Of a stretch of DNA of 36,138 nucleotides, positions 1 through 8,764 are shown in pieces. Source of the DNA: a virus; IMG/VR virus record IMGVR_UViG_3300029928_000023, positions 1 to 36,138 of that record; one strand, 5' to 3'. The notes below the pieces were generated by a model. It was not told the origin of the DNA. It saw nothing but the letters and a program-made list of their open reading frames with translations, and ran no database searches. The translations under genes and the position numbers were made by a program. Each line of letters starts with the position of its first letter. Within the stretch, counting starts at the first letter, position 1.

Positions 1-99
1 GGCAAAAGATGCTGGCATGGATGAATACATCATAAAGCTGATAGTTGGTCATTCTATCGAGGATGTGACTGAGAAAGTATACACCCACAGGACCATGGA
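1..99. repeat. Terminal direct overlap: 1-99 is identical to 36040-36138, marking closure of a circular contig or a terminal redundancy
   Basis: Base-by-base comparison: ggcaaaagatgctggcatgg...acccacaggaccatgga occurs at both ends. Confidence 0.95.
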
Positions 100-133
100 A
101 CAACTTCACACTGAAATTGAAAAGATAGAATAA
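2..133 (+). CDS. int: C-terminal end of the integrase that starts at 35114. Residues AKDAGMDEYIIKLIVGHSIEDVTEKVYTHRTMEQLHTEIEKIE, then stop. Bases 2-99 duplicate the window end.
   Basis: The frame is continuous with 35114-36138 through the overlap. TAA at 131-133. Contains the GH and Y(THR) parts of the tyrosine recombinase signature. Confidence 0.9.
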   Translation, partial: AKDAGMDEYIIKLIVGHSIEDVTEKVYTHRTMEQLHTEIEKIE

Positions 134-140
134 AAAATAT

Positions 141-176
141 GGGGCAACAATCATTATAATTGCTGCCCCGTTTTTG
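141..176 (+). terminator. Rho-independent terminator of the integrase gene
   Basis: GGGGCAACAA (141-150) pairs 9/10 with TTGCTGCCCC (160-169) around a 9-nt loop, followed by GTTTTTGTT. It begins 8 nt after the integrase stop. Confidence 0.75.
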
Positions 177-219
177 TTAGTTACGAGTGTTAGTTACCTG
201 TTAGTTGTTTGTTAGTTAC
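176..219. repeat. Four direct copies of GTTAGTTAC/G; candidate integrase arm-type binding sites within attP
   Basis: GTTAGTTAC at 176-184, 189-197 and 211-219, and GTTAGTTG at 200-207. They lie in the non-coding gap between the 3' ends of the integrase and the endolysin. Confidence 0.5.
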
Positions 220-434
220 AATCACTTTTTCAGGTATTTTCACGTTTCTTTATTTGGCTTATTTCCTAGCTTTTTTAGAACTTACCAGCCTTTGCTGCTT
301 CCTCAACGGAAACAGGAAATGGCTTAAAGCCTTACTATTTTAATGGTTTTGTGTCTTGTATGTGTCTTACCTCGTTTCTCTAAGGTATCCTGTTCTTTCC
401 TTATTTATATAAACACTTATATATTATCACAATA

Positions 435-1283
435 CTAAGCTGCTGGCAATGTCAGAGACTGTCCAACATGAATCGTGGTGCTGGTGATCTTCGACAGGCT
501 CATGATCTCTCTATATCGTGATCCTGATCCGAGGTACTTCTCTGCAATTCCCCATAAGGTGTCGCCTTTCTTGACGGAGTATGTCTTTGTCTTCTTCGCT
601 GCTTCATTCGCTGATGCGTTCGTGCCAGGAATGCTGAGAACTAAGCCCGGATGAATCGTCGCACTTGTAAGTGAGTTTAAACTCATGATCTCTCTATATC
701 GTGATCCTGATCCGAGGTACTTCTCTGCAATTCCCCATAAGGTGTCGCCTTTCTTGACCTCAATGGTCTGGTATACGGTATCATTATCTTTTATATCTGC
801 TTTAACATTGTCAGCATATGACGGCACACCATATCCGATGATGTACGGATCATTTAATAAGTATTTGCGTTCGTGAACGGCATCTGAAGTATTTCCCTCT
901 ACTGTATATACATATGTAGATGTTACTTTCGTCACAATTCCAACGTGCGACGGATCTGTCAGCTTATGTCCCTTTGAGAAGAAAATCAAAATGCCAGGAA
1001 CTGGTGTGTATGTGCCACCATAAGCCTTTGCATTCTTCCATCTGCCCTGCTTGATGAACCACTTCATCCCGGCTGTACAGCTTGCAAATCTTAAGACAAC
1101 CTCTTTTGCGATTCCGCATACGATCATAACCCATGTTACAAAAATGGCGCACCACGCAACATCCATTCCAAATGTTGATCCTGTCGCTTCATTATATACT
1201 TTAATATATTTGTCGTCACCGTCCGGCTCACATGTGCCGATCTGACTTTTTGCTGTGTTTATAATTTTGTCAATAATACTCAT
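435..1283 (-). CDS. Endolysin: N-terminal CHAP-type peptidase/amidase plus two C-terminal LysM repeats
   Basis: Cys/His pattern DVAWCAIFV ... DPSHVGIV ... VEGNTSD. Two copies of KKGDTLWGIAEKYLGSGSRYREIMSL. Last gene of the late operon, 3 nt after the holin. Confidence 0.85.
   Translation of the reverse strand: MSIIDKIINTAKSQIGTCEPDGDDKYIKVYNEATGSTFGMDVAWCAIFVTWVMIVCGIAKEVVLRFASCTAGMKWFIKQGRWKNAKAYGGTYTPVPGILIFFSKGHKLTDPSHVGIVTKVTSTYVYTVEGNTSDAVHERKYLLNDPYIIGYGVPSYADNVKADIKDNDTVYQTIEVKKGDTLWGIAEKYLGSGSRYREIMSLNSLTSATIHPGLVLSIPGTNASANEAAKKTKTYSVKKGDTLWGIAEKYLGSGSRYREIMSLSKITSTTIHVGQSLTLPAA
499..758. repeat. Perfect 77-nt direct duplication (499-575 and 682-758) encoding the two LysM cores
   Basis: The string ctcatgatctctctatatcgtgatcctgatccgaggtacttctctgcaattccccataaggtgtcgcctttcttgac is read identically at both positions, 183 nt apart and in frame. 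Confidence 0.95.
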
Positions 1284-1286
1284 ATT

Positions 1287-1709
1287 CTATTCCTCACTTT
1301 CTTCTGATTTCTTCTGCAGAATATCGATAGCCTTGGTAATAACCGCCGGGAGTGGTACACCCATAAGACCAGCGTTCTCGACAAGTGATATCAGTTCGTT
1401 TGCAATGAATGCAATGATCACCGCATCACGGATATAATTTGTGCCGATTATCAAATCAAGCCGGTACGACACAAGAACAAATACAAGCGTCATACATTTA
1501 CGGCATAACCCTTTCCAGCATGTCTTACTTTCAAGACTGCCGGTATTCGTTTTTTTACTCTTATGAAAAACTCCGGCCACCACCAGCCCACTGATATAGT
1601 CAAGCCCCATGAAAATCAAAAGAGACACCAATCCGGTGTCCCATCCTCCAAACAATGCTGCTATTCCGGAGCCAACCGCCCCGATCACTGTACATATAAC
1701 CTGTTTCAT
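1287..1709 (-). CDS. Holin (phage_holin_4 / TcdE-like family)
   Basis: 140 aa with several hydrophobic segments and the motif GGWDTGLVSLLIFMGLDYISG ... ANELISLVENAG. Acidic C-terminus. Immediately upstream of the endolysin. Confidence 0.8.
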   Translation of the reverse strand: MKQVICTVIGAVGSGIAALFGGWDTGLVSLLIFMGLDYISGLVVAGVFHKSKKTNTGSLESKTCWKGLCRKCMTLVFVLVSYRLDLIIGTNYIRDAVIIAFIANELISLVENAGLMGVPLPAVITKAIDILQKKSEESEE

Positions 1710-1721
1710 ATAAAGCCTCCT

Positions 1722-2606
1722 TTATTTCTTTTCTAATACACTTACTCTATCTTTGAGATCAGCAAGTTCTGTTTTCTGATCATTAACTGTATTTTTTAAA
1801 TTATCTACAGCATTTTTTAAGTTATCTACAGTTGATTTTAAATTATCTACAGTTGATTTTAAATTATTAATCTGATTTGTTAATGTATCATTTACATTGT
1901 CAATATCTCCCTGTAGTTCTGTTTTTAAAGTATTTACTTTGTTTTCCAGAGTTAAAGATAAAGCACTACACTTCTCATCAATCTTTCCGTTAAGCTCACC
2001 ATAGTCCTCAATCTCTTTGTTTTGTACACTAGCAACCTTTCTGTCCATTTCAGTAAAAGCATTAGATGTATTATTTGCTGCAGTGTTTAATTTACTGTCC
2101 ACCTCATCTCTCGTATAGATATTACTCAGATTTTGATACAACTTGTTAAAAATAGGGGTAACTGCTGCTATATTAATACCCTGTAAACTGATCTCATAAA
2201 GAGGCATATCACACACATCTGCTCCCCAGTAAAGATGTCCGCTAGTATAAGATGGTCTTTCTGCTTCGCCGGTTGATACAACTCCTTTTATAACCTCAAG
2301 CGTTACATTTTCAATTCCGGTATCTTTTCTATATCTTGCGACTACCAAATCTTTACGATTATATCCCGGACTTCCTGAGTCAATCTGCAGATCATCATAG
2401 TTGCCTGGTTCAATTCTTGCATGGCAGCCATACATCACAAGCTCACCTGCAGCTATTCGGCAAGTATTTGCATCAATCATCGTTGCTTTTAAACATTCAC
2501 CGATTGAAAGCACATATGTCTCAGTTCCAAATATTCCCATATGTAATGCACGATCATCATCTGAATTAACATGGTTCGTTCCTGTTTTTCCTGTTATTAT
2601 TTTCAT
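1722..2606 (-). CDS. Tail fibre / receptor-binding-type protein with a C-terminal heptad coiled coil
   Basis: Last tail gene before the lysis cassette. The N-terminal domain (KIITGKTGTNHVNSDDDRALHMGIFG...) recurs in Firmicutes prophage tail modules, from memory. The C-terminus carries NLKSTVD NLKSTVD NLKNAVD NLKNTVN heptads. Confidence 0.55.
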   Translation of the reverse strand: MKIITGKTGTNHVNSDDDRALHMGIFGTETYVLSIGECLKATMIDANTCRIAAGELVMYGCHARIEPGNYDDLQIDSGSPGYNRKDLVVARYRKDTGIENVTLEVIKGVVSTGEAERPSYTSGHLYWGADVCDMPLYEISLQGINIAAVTPIFNKLYQNLSNIYTRDEVDSKLNTAANNTSNAFTEMDRKVASVQNKEIEDYGELNGKIDEKCSALSLTLENKVNTLKTELQGDIDNVNDTLTNQINNLKSTVDNLKSTVDNLKNAVDNLKNTVNDQKTELADLKDRVSVLEKK

Positions 2607-2609
2607 TAC

Positions 2610-3575
2610 TTATCCTTTCCGTGTAGCATCTCCTACACTATATGATATATCAACAGTATCATCATTTAACTTAACTATTATGTTTGTAATACTACTTATC
2701 ACATAAGCATCCGTCACACTTTCATATCCACCAATTACATCACCTATATGTCGCTCAGTATCACTGCTTGTAACTTCAAACGCATCAGATCCTATCAGTT
2801 CTTTCAATCTCTCTGTTCCGCCAGAGACAAGGTCCTCAACAGATTCTGCAGATGTGTTCTCATAAGTACTCACATATTCTTCCACTCCATATAGGCTTTG
2901 AGATGTACTTATATTTCCATTTGCATCAGCATATAAGTGCACTACAGTTCTGTCCTGAAGTTCTCCCTGTCCGAGACATATAAGGTGATTTACTCCCTTA
3001 TATGTCTTGGTAAGTGTGAAATTCACATCGTTCTGGTTGTATTCTATCCGGTCAGAATAATCGATCACTGGAACATATGATACATGCACTATACCGTCTT
3101 TTACTGACAAGTACAGATTCATTCCAATTGATGCACCAAGCTTTATTAAACCTGTATAAAGATCTGTATATCTTGCAAACTGATATGAATTAATCGAAAT
3201 TCCACTTTTATCTGCTACAAAAACGCTTTCAAGTCCACAAACTCTAAAAAGGCTCTGAAGCACATCTCCTATATTTCCCGATACAATCCTGTATGCAGAG
3301 CCATTTGGAGGCTCTATGATCTTACTCATAAGTACTCCCCTGAAACTTCTGCCTGAATATCTGATCTCATTATTCTCCGTTATCACTTTTACGGAATCTA
3401 CAACTCCGCCATACTCTGTATCATTGACATACCACCAATAACCTCCATGCATGACATTGTTTTTAATGCCAACTGTAATCTCAAAATTCTTCTTATCAGC
3501 AATATCAAGATCAATTTCATATTTATGTAGACATCCCTCATCATTCAAATTCCGATCCATGTAAATTACATCCAA
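2610..3575 (-). CDS. Tail tip / minor structural protein (Siphovirus Gp37-like, tentative)
   Basis: 321 aa, located after Dit and overlapping it by 10 nt. The N-terminal pattern MDVIYMDRNLN...YEIDLDIA...FEITV resembles Gp37-like tail proteins. The call is mainly position-based. Confidence 0.45.
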   Translation of the reverse strand: MDVIYMDRNLNDEGCLHKYEIDLDIADKKNFEITVGIKNNVMHGGYWWYVNDTEYGGVVDSVKVITENNEIRYSGRSFRGVLMSKIIEPPNGSAYRIVSGNIGDVLQSLFRVCGLESVFVADKSGISINSYQFARYTDLYTGLIKLGASIGMNLYLSVKDGIVHVSYVPVIDYSDRIEYNQNDVNFTLTKTYKGVNHLICLGQGELQDRTVVHLYADANGNISTSQSLYGVEEYVSTYENTSAESVEDLVSGGTERLKELIGSDAFEVTSSDTERHIGDVIGGYESVTDAYVISSITNIIVKLNDDTVDISYSVGDATRKG

Positions 3576-4390
3576 AGTGGTTCGCTCCTTTCAGCTTTCA
3601 AAAGCAAATCAAAGTTAAATGTAGAATTCCAATATACAACCTGTTTACCCGATTTTATTTTTTGAAAGATATCACTTCCCCTATTTCTATACCGAAACAG
3701 GTTCACTGTTGCACCATTCAATTTAAACAGCTTAATAGTCTGCTTCTTTGAATCGATCTCAACTCTTTCTCCTGTTTGTATCGTATAGTTCAATATATAA
3801 GTATGTCCGCCAATAGATATAGCTGGATTCTGTGCATACCCATATATGGTCAAGATAAATTCAGATTCACTAAAGCTATCATTTGCAACTTGTGCTGCAT
3901 ATCCCGGAGATGCCGTATAGTCATATTCATATCCGTATGGATAACCTCTGCCGGTTTCATCTACTGGTATATCTTTATACCGATATTCTTTTAAATCTTC
4001 TTTCACCCATGCATCTGCCGCTGTTACTATCTTTAACGACAGTTTTGTGTGTTGCCCTATTAGATAATCTGACTTATCACTTGCATAGATGAAACATTCA
4101 AGATAATAATTGCCAATATACAGTTTTCCGGGCACTTCATTAATGATATCCTGCTCAAACAGTTCAAACATATCATTCTTTACACGATTGCATATTCTTG
4201 GAGTTGGACAGCATATAGTGACCGGAAGTGTCTTTTCTGTAATTTTCTTTTGAAAATTCTCAACACACTTCCGATCACTATCATAGATCCACTGATAATT
4301 CCGGAGGTCATTTTCATTTGCAAAGATATATTTCTTTCCAAACTCAAGAACATTCCCCTGACTATTTACATATTTTATATTCTCAAGCAT
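3566..4390 (-). CDS. Distal tail protein (Dit-like phage tail family protein)
   Basis: 274 aa, immediately downstream of the tape measure gene with an 8-nt overlap, which is the conserved Dit position in siphoviruses. Confidence 0.55.
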   Translation of the reverse strand: MLENIKYVNSQGNVLEFGKKYIFANENDLRNYQWIYDSDRKCVENFQKKITEKTLPVTICCPTPRICNRVKNDMFELFEQDIINEVPGKLYIGNYYLECFIYASDKSDYLIGQHTKLSLKIVTAADAWVKEDLKEYRYKDIPVDETGRGYPYGYEYDYTASPGYAAQVANDSFSESEFILTIYGYAQNPAISIGGHTYILNYTIQTGERVEIDSKKQTIKLFKLNGATVNLFRYRNRGSDIFQKIKSGKQVVYWNSTFNFDLLLKAERSEPLWM

Positions 4391-6776
4391 ATGTTCTCAC
4401 CATCCTTCCAAATTCTCTACCATCAATCTTAAGCTTCGTACCTTCTGTAAGTGCTCTTACCATGTATTCATACATATTTTCATCAATATGTCTTACCACC
4501 TCAAGAATCAAATACAGAACCTTTGATAACTCTGATTCATTGTCTACTGTTCTTCCTGTTGCTGCTGCCATCTGATCTGCTACCTTACTGATCCATTCTG
4601 TATTCTTCTCTAGCGGCACTACAGCCTCGGCTCCATTACCTTCAAGAATACCGACCTGACCTTTCTTAAGTACACCACCTTCCGCAAGCTGTGGTGCATT
4701 TAATTTATCAAGCTTATTAATTGATACTCCCGGAATCGCATTAATAACGGATATACAAGCATTGATTGCCGATATAAAACCATTAATGATCTTTGTCGCT
4801 GTACCTAATATGCCATTGATAGCTGCTGTAACGGCTCCCTTGATGCCATCTGCGATAGCTGTTCCGACCTTAGAAAAGATGTCCTTAATCTTCTGCCATG
4901 TATCTGAAAAGAACTTAACCATCGGCGAAAATGCATTCTTGATACCAGTCCAAGCCTTACCAAAAATGTCACTAAACCATGTACCTACTGAGGCATATGC
5001 ACCTTTTATTCCATTCCAGATTCCACTGAAAAATCCAGTAACAGCCGACCAAACACTCTTAATTCCATTCCACGCTGTTGTAAAGATGTCTTTAAAAAAC
5101 TTTCCTACTGCTGCAAATGCTGATTTTATACCATTCCATATACCTTTAAAAAAGGCAGGTGCTGCATTCCAGACTTTCTTAATGCCTTTCCAAGCCATTG
5201 AAAACGATTCACGACAGTTGTTGATAACTTCCATAATTGCAAGAATAGCTGCTTCCAATGTGATCTCAAGCATCTGGCAAAACCATTCAAGTATCGGTTT
5301 CAGCACTCCAAGTATCTCTTCTGATATCAGACTTATCACCTCAACAAGCGGAGGCAGGATCATATTGATAAGTTCCATCAATGGATCTAATATCATTAAG
5401 ATCAAATTTATAATTGGATTGAGTAGATCAAGTATTGGCTGCAATAATTCCAGTACCGGCTGCAAAATCGAAATCAAAACAGGAAGAATCTGCGACACTA
5501 TCTGCACAATAGGCGGTAAAAGCATATTGATCAAGTTCGTAAGCGGCGGCAAAATCGTCTGAACAATCTGCAATAGTGGTGGTAACAGTGTATTAACAAG
5601 GGATAATATAGTAGGTAAAATAGCTTGAAAAGTTCCAAATATAGACTGTAATGCAGATGTAAGTATCTGACCCAGTTCTCCACCTATACCTGGCAACAAG
5701 GTTTCAAGTATTCCCGGAAGGTTATTCACCAATTCAGACAACAACGATGTTGCGCCCTGTATAAGTGATGGCAGTATCTGTTCTATAAGTGGCGGTATAT
5801 ATGGTGCCAACTTCTGTGCAAGACTTGATATACCTGTAACTATCCTTGGCAGTGTATCCGCTATTCGTGGTACAAGATTGTCTGCTACAGCCATCACAGA
5901 ATCAACAAGGTTATTTATCAGAACTCCCATATCCTGTGATGGGTCTGCCATTCCTGTGAGCAGATTCGTCCATGCAGACTTCATCATGCCGATAGATCCC
6001 TGTATTGTAGTTGCTGCTTCTTTTGCGGTTGTGCCTGTTATCCCCATAGCAGTCTGTACAACATGAATAGCCTCTATCATCTTATCAAATGATACACTAT
6101 TGACATTATCTGCTGTCACAGTCATGGAGTCACCGAGTACACCAGAATCGTTGATAAGCCTTGCCATCTCGGATGCAGTACCACCATAACCAAGCTTCAA
6201 ATTGTCAAGCATGGTGTAGTTTTGCTTTGCAAATCCCTGATATGCATTCTGTATAGATGCCATATCAGTTCCCATTTTGTTGGCATTATCCGACATGTCT
6301 GTTATGGCCAAATTGGCAGTTTCAGCCGCCTTTTCTGTGTCACCACCCAATCCTTGCAACAATGACGCTGAAAAGCTCGTTACAGTGTCCATATACTCGT
6401 TTGCCGACAGCCCCGCCGTCTTATATGCATTGTTTGCATATTCCACGACCTTATCTGAGCTGTCCTTGAACAGCGTCTCAACACCACCGACAAGCTGTTC
6501 ATAGTCTGCATACTCGCTTACAGCCTTAGCAGTAATACCAGCTATTCCAGTTGCCACAGCGGTTGTTGCAACCACGGCGACCTTTGCGGCCTTGAGCGCA
6601 AACTTACCGATGTTGCCAAACACGGATCCCATCTTGCTGCTTGTCTTCTCAGCCTTATCCCCTGTCTCCTCAATTTTCTCAATTGCATCTTCATTCGATA
6701 CTGCGATTCGCCCCAGTATCTTAAATACTTCCAAAAGGGTATACCCCCTTTCCTCGATAATAAAAAATAGAGACAC
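4383..6776 (-). CDS. Tail tape measure protein
   Basis: Largest gene (797 aa), directly after the G/T chaperone pair. It has a Leu/Pro/Ile-rich helical core (LPPLLQIVQTILPPLTNLINMLLPPIVQIV) and repeated W-x-G-I-K units (AWKGIKKVW, IWNGIKSAF, AWNGIKSVW, IWNGIKGAY, AWTGIKNAF). There is no ATG at the 5' end: the start is GTG 6776 or TTG 6734, the latter after GGAAAGGGGG. Confidence 0.9.
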   Translation of the reverse strand: MSLFFIIEERGYTLLEVFKILGRIAVSNEDAIEKIEETGDKAEKTSSKMGSVFGNIGKFALKAAKVAVVATTAVATGIAGITAKAVSEYADYEQLVGGVETLFKDSSDKVVEYANNAYKTAGLSANEYMDTVTSFSASLLQGLGGDTEKAAETANLAITDMSDNANKMGTDMASIQNAYQGFAKQNYTMLDNLKLGYGGTASEMARLINDSGVLGDSMTVTADNVNSVSFDKMIEAIHVVQTAMGITGTTAKEAATTIQGSIGMMKSAWTNLLTGMADPSQDMGVLINNLVDSVMAVADNLVPRIADTLPRIVTGISSLAQKLAPYIPPLIEQILPSLIQGATSLLSELVNNLPGILETLLPGIGGELGQILTSALQSIFGTFQAILPTILSLVNTLLPPLLQIVQTILPPLTNLINMLLPPIVQIVSQILPVLISILQPVLELLQPILDLLNPIINLILMILDPLMELINMILPPLVEVISLISEEILGVLKPILEWFCQMLEITLEAAILAIMEVINNCRESFSMAWKGIKKVWNAAPAFFKGIWNGIKSAFAAVGKFFKDIFTTAWNGIKSVWSAVTGFFSGIWNGIKGAYASVGTWFSDIFGKAWTGIKNAFSPMVKFFSDTWQKIKDIFSKVGTAIADGIKGAVTAAINGILGTATKIINGFISAINACISVINAIPGVSINKLDKLNAPQLAEGGVLKKGQVGILEGNGAEAVVPLEKNTEWISKVADQMAAATGRTVDNESELSKVLYLILEVVRHIDENMYEYMVRALTEGTKLKIDGREFGRMVRTYA

Positions 6777-6791
6777 ACGTTCTGTGTGCCC

Positions 6792-7091
6792 CTATGGTTT
6801 AAAATTCTCTATGATTGACATAGAATCCCTTATGGTTGTTTCAAGTTCGCCTCTGCTCTCAAATGCTCCTGATTCGACAGGCTGCGAACTGCCACCTGAT
6901 GTGCCATACAGCCTTGCCTTGAAGTCATTAAATGATATGTTCTCCCAGCACTTATGGATATACATATCCCAGAGCTTATCATCATCGTCAAGACGCACAA
7001 ACGTGCATACAAACTCATCAAAGCTCTGATTGTCTATCATCGTATCAAGCAGAGTGTACGGATCCGCATATCGTTTAAATATGAGATCCAT
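6792..7091 (-). CDS. Tail assembly chaperone, T-like part (in the -1 frame relative to the upstream G-like gene)
   Basis: 99 aa between the G-like chaperone and the tape measure. The frame stays open upstream to 7175, overlapping the end of the G-like gene. Confidence 0.6.
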   Translation of the reverse strand: MDLIFKRYADPYTLLDTMIDNQSFDEFVCTFVRLDDDDKLWDMYIHKCWENISFNDFKARLYGTSGGSSQPVESGAFESRGELETTIRDSMSIIENFKP

Positions 7092-7105
7092 GAACTTGAG
7101 ATATC

Positions 7106-7693
7106 CTACTGTTTCTTCTCGAACAATCTTGAAACAACCTTGATAAAATCCGAAAAGCCCGGAAGTGTAACCGCATCATACAACATCTGTGTGAATACAG
7201 AGAGGTCAAGATCTGCTACCTCATCCACAGTCATACCTGACAGGTGTGATAAGCAGACAAATATCTCACGCTGACAGTCTGACAGCTTTGTCAGGATCGC
7301 ATCTGCAAGCTCGAATGCAAGACCAATACCCACATTCTCGAGGAACTTCGATGTGTCCTCATCATCCTCGCCATCACCAGTAAGCTTCTCACGTTCCTTT
7401 GCTATAAGCTCTTTGAACCCATTGCCACTGAATGAGTCTTTGAAGTCCTTTACTCCCAGCTTGCTGAACAGTTTCAGGAATGATGCTATATCTGTAGCCT
7501 TTGGATTTCTCAGCGTAGGCTTGATCTCCTGCACATCTTCCACTGTCTCTGCCTCTTCAACTGTCTCTGCCTCTTCAACTGTCTCTGCCTCTTCCACTGT
7601 CTCTGCCTCTTCAACTGTCTCTGCCTCTTCAACTACTTCTGCATTCTCTACTGCTTCTATATCTTTGTTCTCTTTTATCTCGGTTGTTCCCAT
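7106..7693 (-). CDS. Tail assembly chaperone (gpG-like) with an N-terminal acidic AETVEE repeat
   Basis: Sits between the major tail protein and the tape measure. The C-terminal half (…LSHLSGMTVDEVADLDLSVFTQMLYDAV…) is typical of Firmicutes-phage chaperones. Confidence 0.65.
   Translation of the reverse strand: MGTTEIKENKDIEAVENAEVVEEAETVEEAETVEEAETVEEAETVEEAETVEDVQEIKPTLRNPKATDIASFLKLFSKLGVKDFKDSFSGNGFKELIAKEREKLTGDGEDDEDTSKFLENVGIGLAFELADAILTKLSDCQREIFVCLSHLSGMTVDEVADLDLSVFTQMLYDAVTLPGFSDFIKVVSRLFEKKQ
7541..7630. repeat. Five tandem 18-nt units (c/a)actgtctctgcctcttc encoding (EEAETV)n
   Basis: Units read at 7541, 7559, 7577, 7595 and 7613, with a degenerate sixth at 7631. Confidence 0.9.
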
Positions 7694-7719
7694 GATTATC
7701 TCTCCTTTTCTATGTCAAA

Positions 7720-8382
7720 TTACTCTGTATCTTCCGACTGATCTGTACTGGGTTCTATAGACTGCTTAGCCTGTTCCTCTGTCGTACCCTTAGGCAGATA
7801 GATATGGTATGGCAGTGTATCGGCCGCCGGTGACAGACCTGCATAGCACTCCATTGTCAAGGCAAAGGTACCGTTCTCCTTGTTCTTGCCCTCTATCTCA
7901 AGACCTGATGTGCAAAGAGCGTTATCAAAAATCACGATAACCGGACGACCATCTAAAAATCTTCCAATATATCCAAAGTTTTCGATATAATCGTCCTTTT
8001 CAATCCTTGCCTTTGATTCGATCACATCATATCCTTCTGCTGTTGATGTACCATCCTGTCCGATAATAGCCATCTTGATTGTCTCAGGCGACAGCTCCAC
8101 CATGTTCGTATCCATCTGTGCTGTCTCGCCTGTCTTAACTGCCAACTCCTTAACCTTAACCGATGCACCATCGACCTCTATATCTTTGAGCTCGGGTTTG
8201 ATTGACAGCTTCGTTCCGCCGGATGTAGCACCGATCAGAGATTCAGCAAAGTTCCATTTCTTACTTTCCGAGTCGTACTTTAAGCCCTTGTGGATGGTTC
8301 CTGCGCCAAAGACAATGTTCTTCGGTGTCTTGTCCGTAATACCGGATGACTTGAACTCTTCAAAAGTTAATGTATCTGCCAT
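7720..8382 (-). CDS. Major tail protein
   Basis: Located after the tail-completion gene and before the chaperones. The start is set at ATG 8382 (MADTLTFEEF...) because GGAAGGTGA lies 7 nt upstream. The track start at 8400 lies inside the upstream gene's end. Confidence 0.75.
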   Translation of the reverse strand: MADTLTFEEFKSSGITDKTPKNIVFGAGTIHKGLKYDSESKKWNFAESLIGATSGGTKLSIKPELKDIEVDGASVKVKELAVKTGETAQMDTNMVELSPETIKMAIIGQDGTSTAEGYDVIESKARIEKDDYIENFGYIGRFLDGRPVIVIFDNALCTSGLEIEGKNKENGTFALTMECYAGLSPAADTLPYHIYLPKGTTEEQAKQSIEPSTDQSEDTE

Positions 8383-8389
8383 GTTATAA

Positions 8390-8764
8390 TCACCTTCCAT
8401 TCTTATATTCTTTAATCGTCAAATTAATCTGTATCCGTTTTAGTTCCGCATCCCCGGTTGGTACTGGTAATGCGTTCCCATAAAAAACAGCAACCCCTGT
8501 TCCATTATCAAGGATTGCTGTCCGTTCAATCTTTTCTTCTATTTTGCTTCTATACTTTTCAAGAGATAACCAAGAACCCCTGGTAAATCCTGTTACAATA
8601 AACTGTATCCCCTGTTCACCATCTTCATTTATGCTACCTGTCTCCGAGTATTCACCCACAAAATAAACTTCTGGCACTTCTTTTTTCCACTCCATAAATG
8701 CATATGGAATACCAAGCTCATCCGAAAGGATACTGTTGATATATTCTAATGTACATATCCGCAA
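8390..8764 (-). CDS. Tail completion / tail terminator-like protein (gp17-like, position-based)
   Basis: 124 aa. TTG start preceded by AAGGAGGGG. Lies between the HK97 gp10-like gene and the major tail gene. Confidence 0.5.
   Translation of the reverse strand: MRICTLEYINSILSDELGIPYAFMEWKKEVPEVYFVGEYSETGSINEDGEQGIQFIVTGFTRGSWLSLEKYRSKIEEKIERTAILDNGTGVAVFYGNALPVPTGDAELKRIQINLTIKEYKNGR

Noticed and set aside
134-434. Search for a tRNA gene fragment or an obvious core sequence in the attP region
   Set aside because: No tRNA-like acceptor or T-arm sequence (for example GGTTCGAATCC-like) was recognisable. Only the direct repeats are reported, and the core is left undefined.
4762-5562. 266-aa plus-strand ORF antisense to the tape measure gene
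   Set aside because: It lies wholly inside the well-supported 797-aa TMP and has no RBS. It is the mirror of a biased, repeat-rich coding region, which suppresses stop codons on the opposite strand.
6542-6778. 78-aa Arg/Gln-rich ORF in another frame at the 5' end of the tape measure gene
   Set aside because: It lies out of frame within the TMP coding region, has a basic low-complexity composition, and has no independent support.
7353-7760. 135-aa Ser-rich plus-strand ORF
   Set aside because: It is the antisense reading of the acidic 18-nt repeat in the chaperone gene. It is low-complexity (STVSAS)n and has no RBS.
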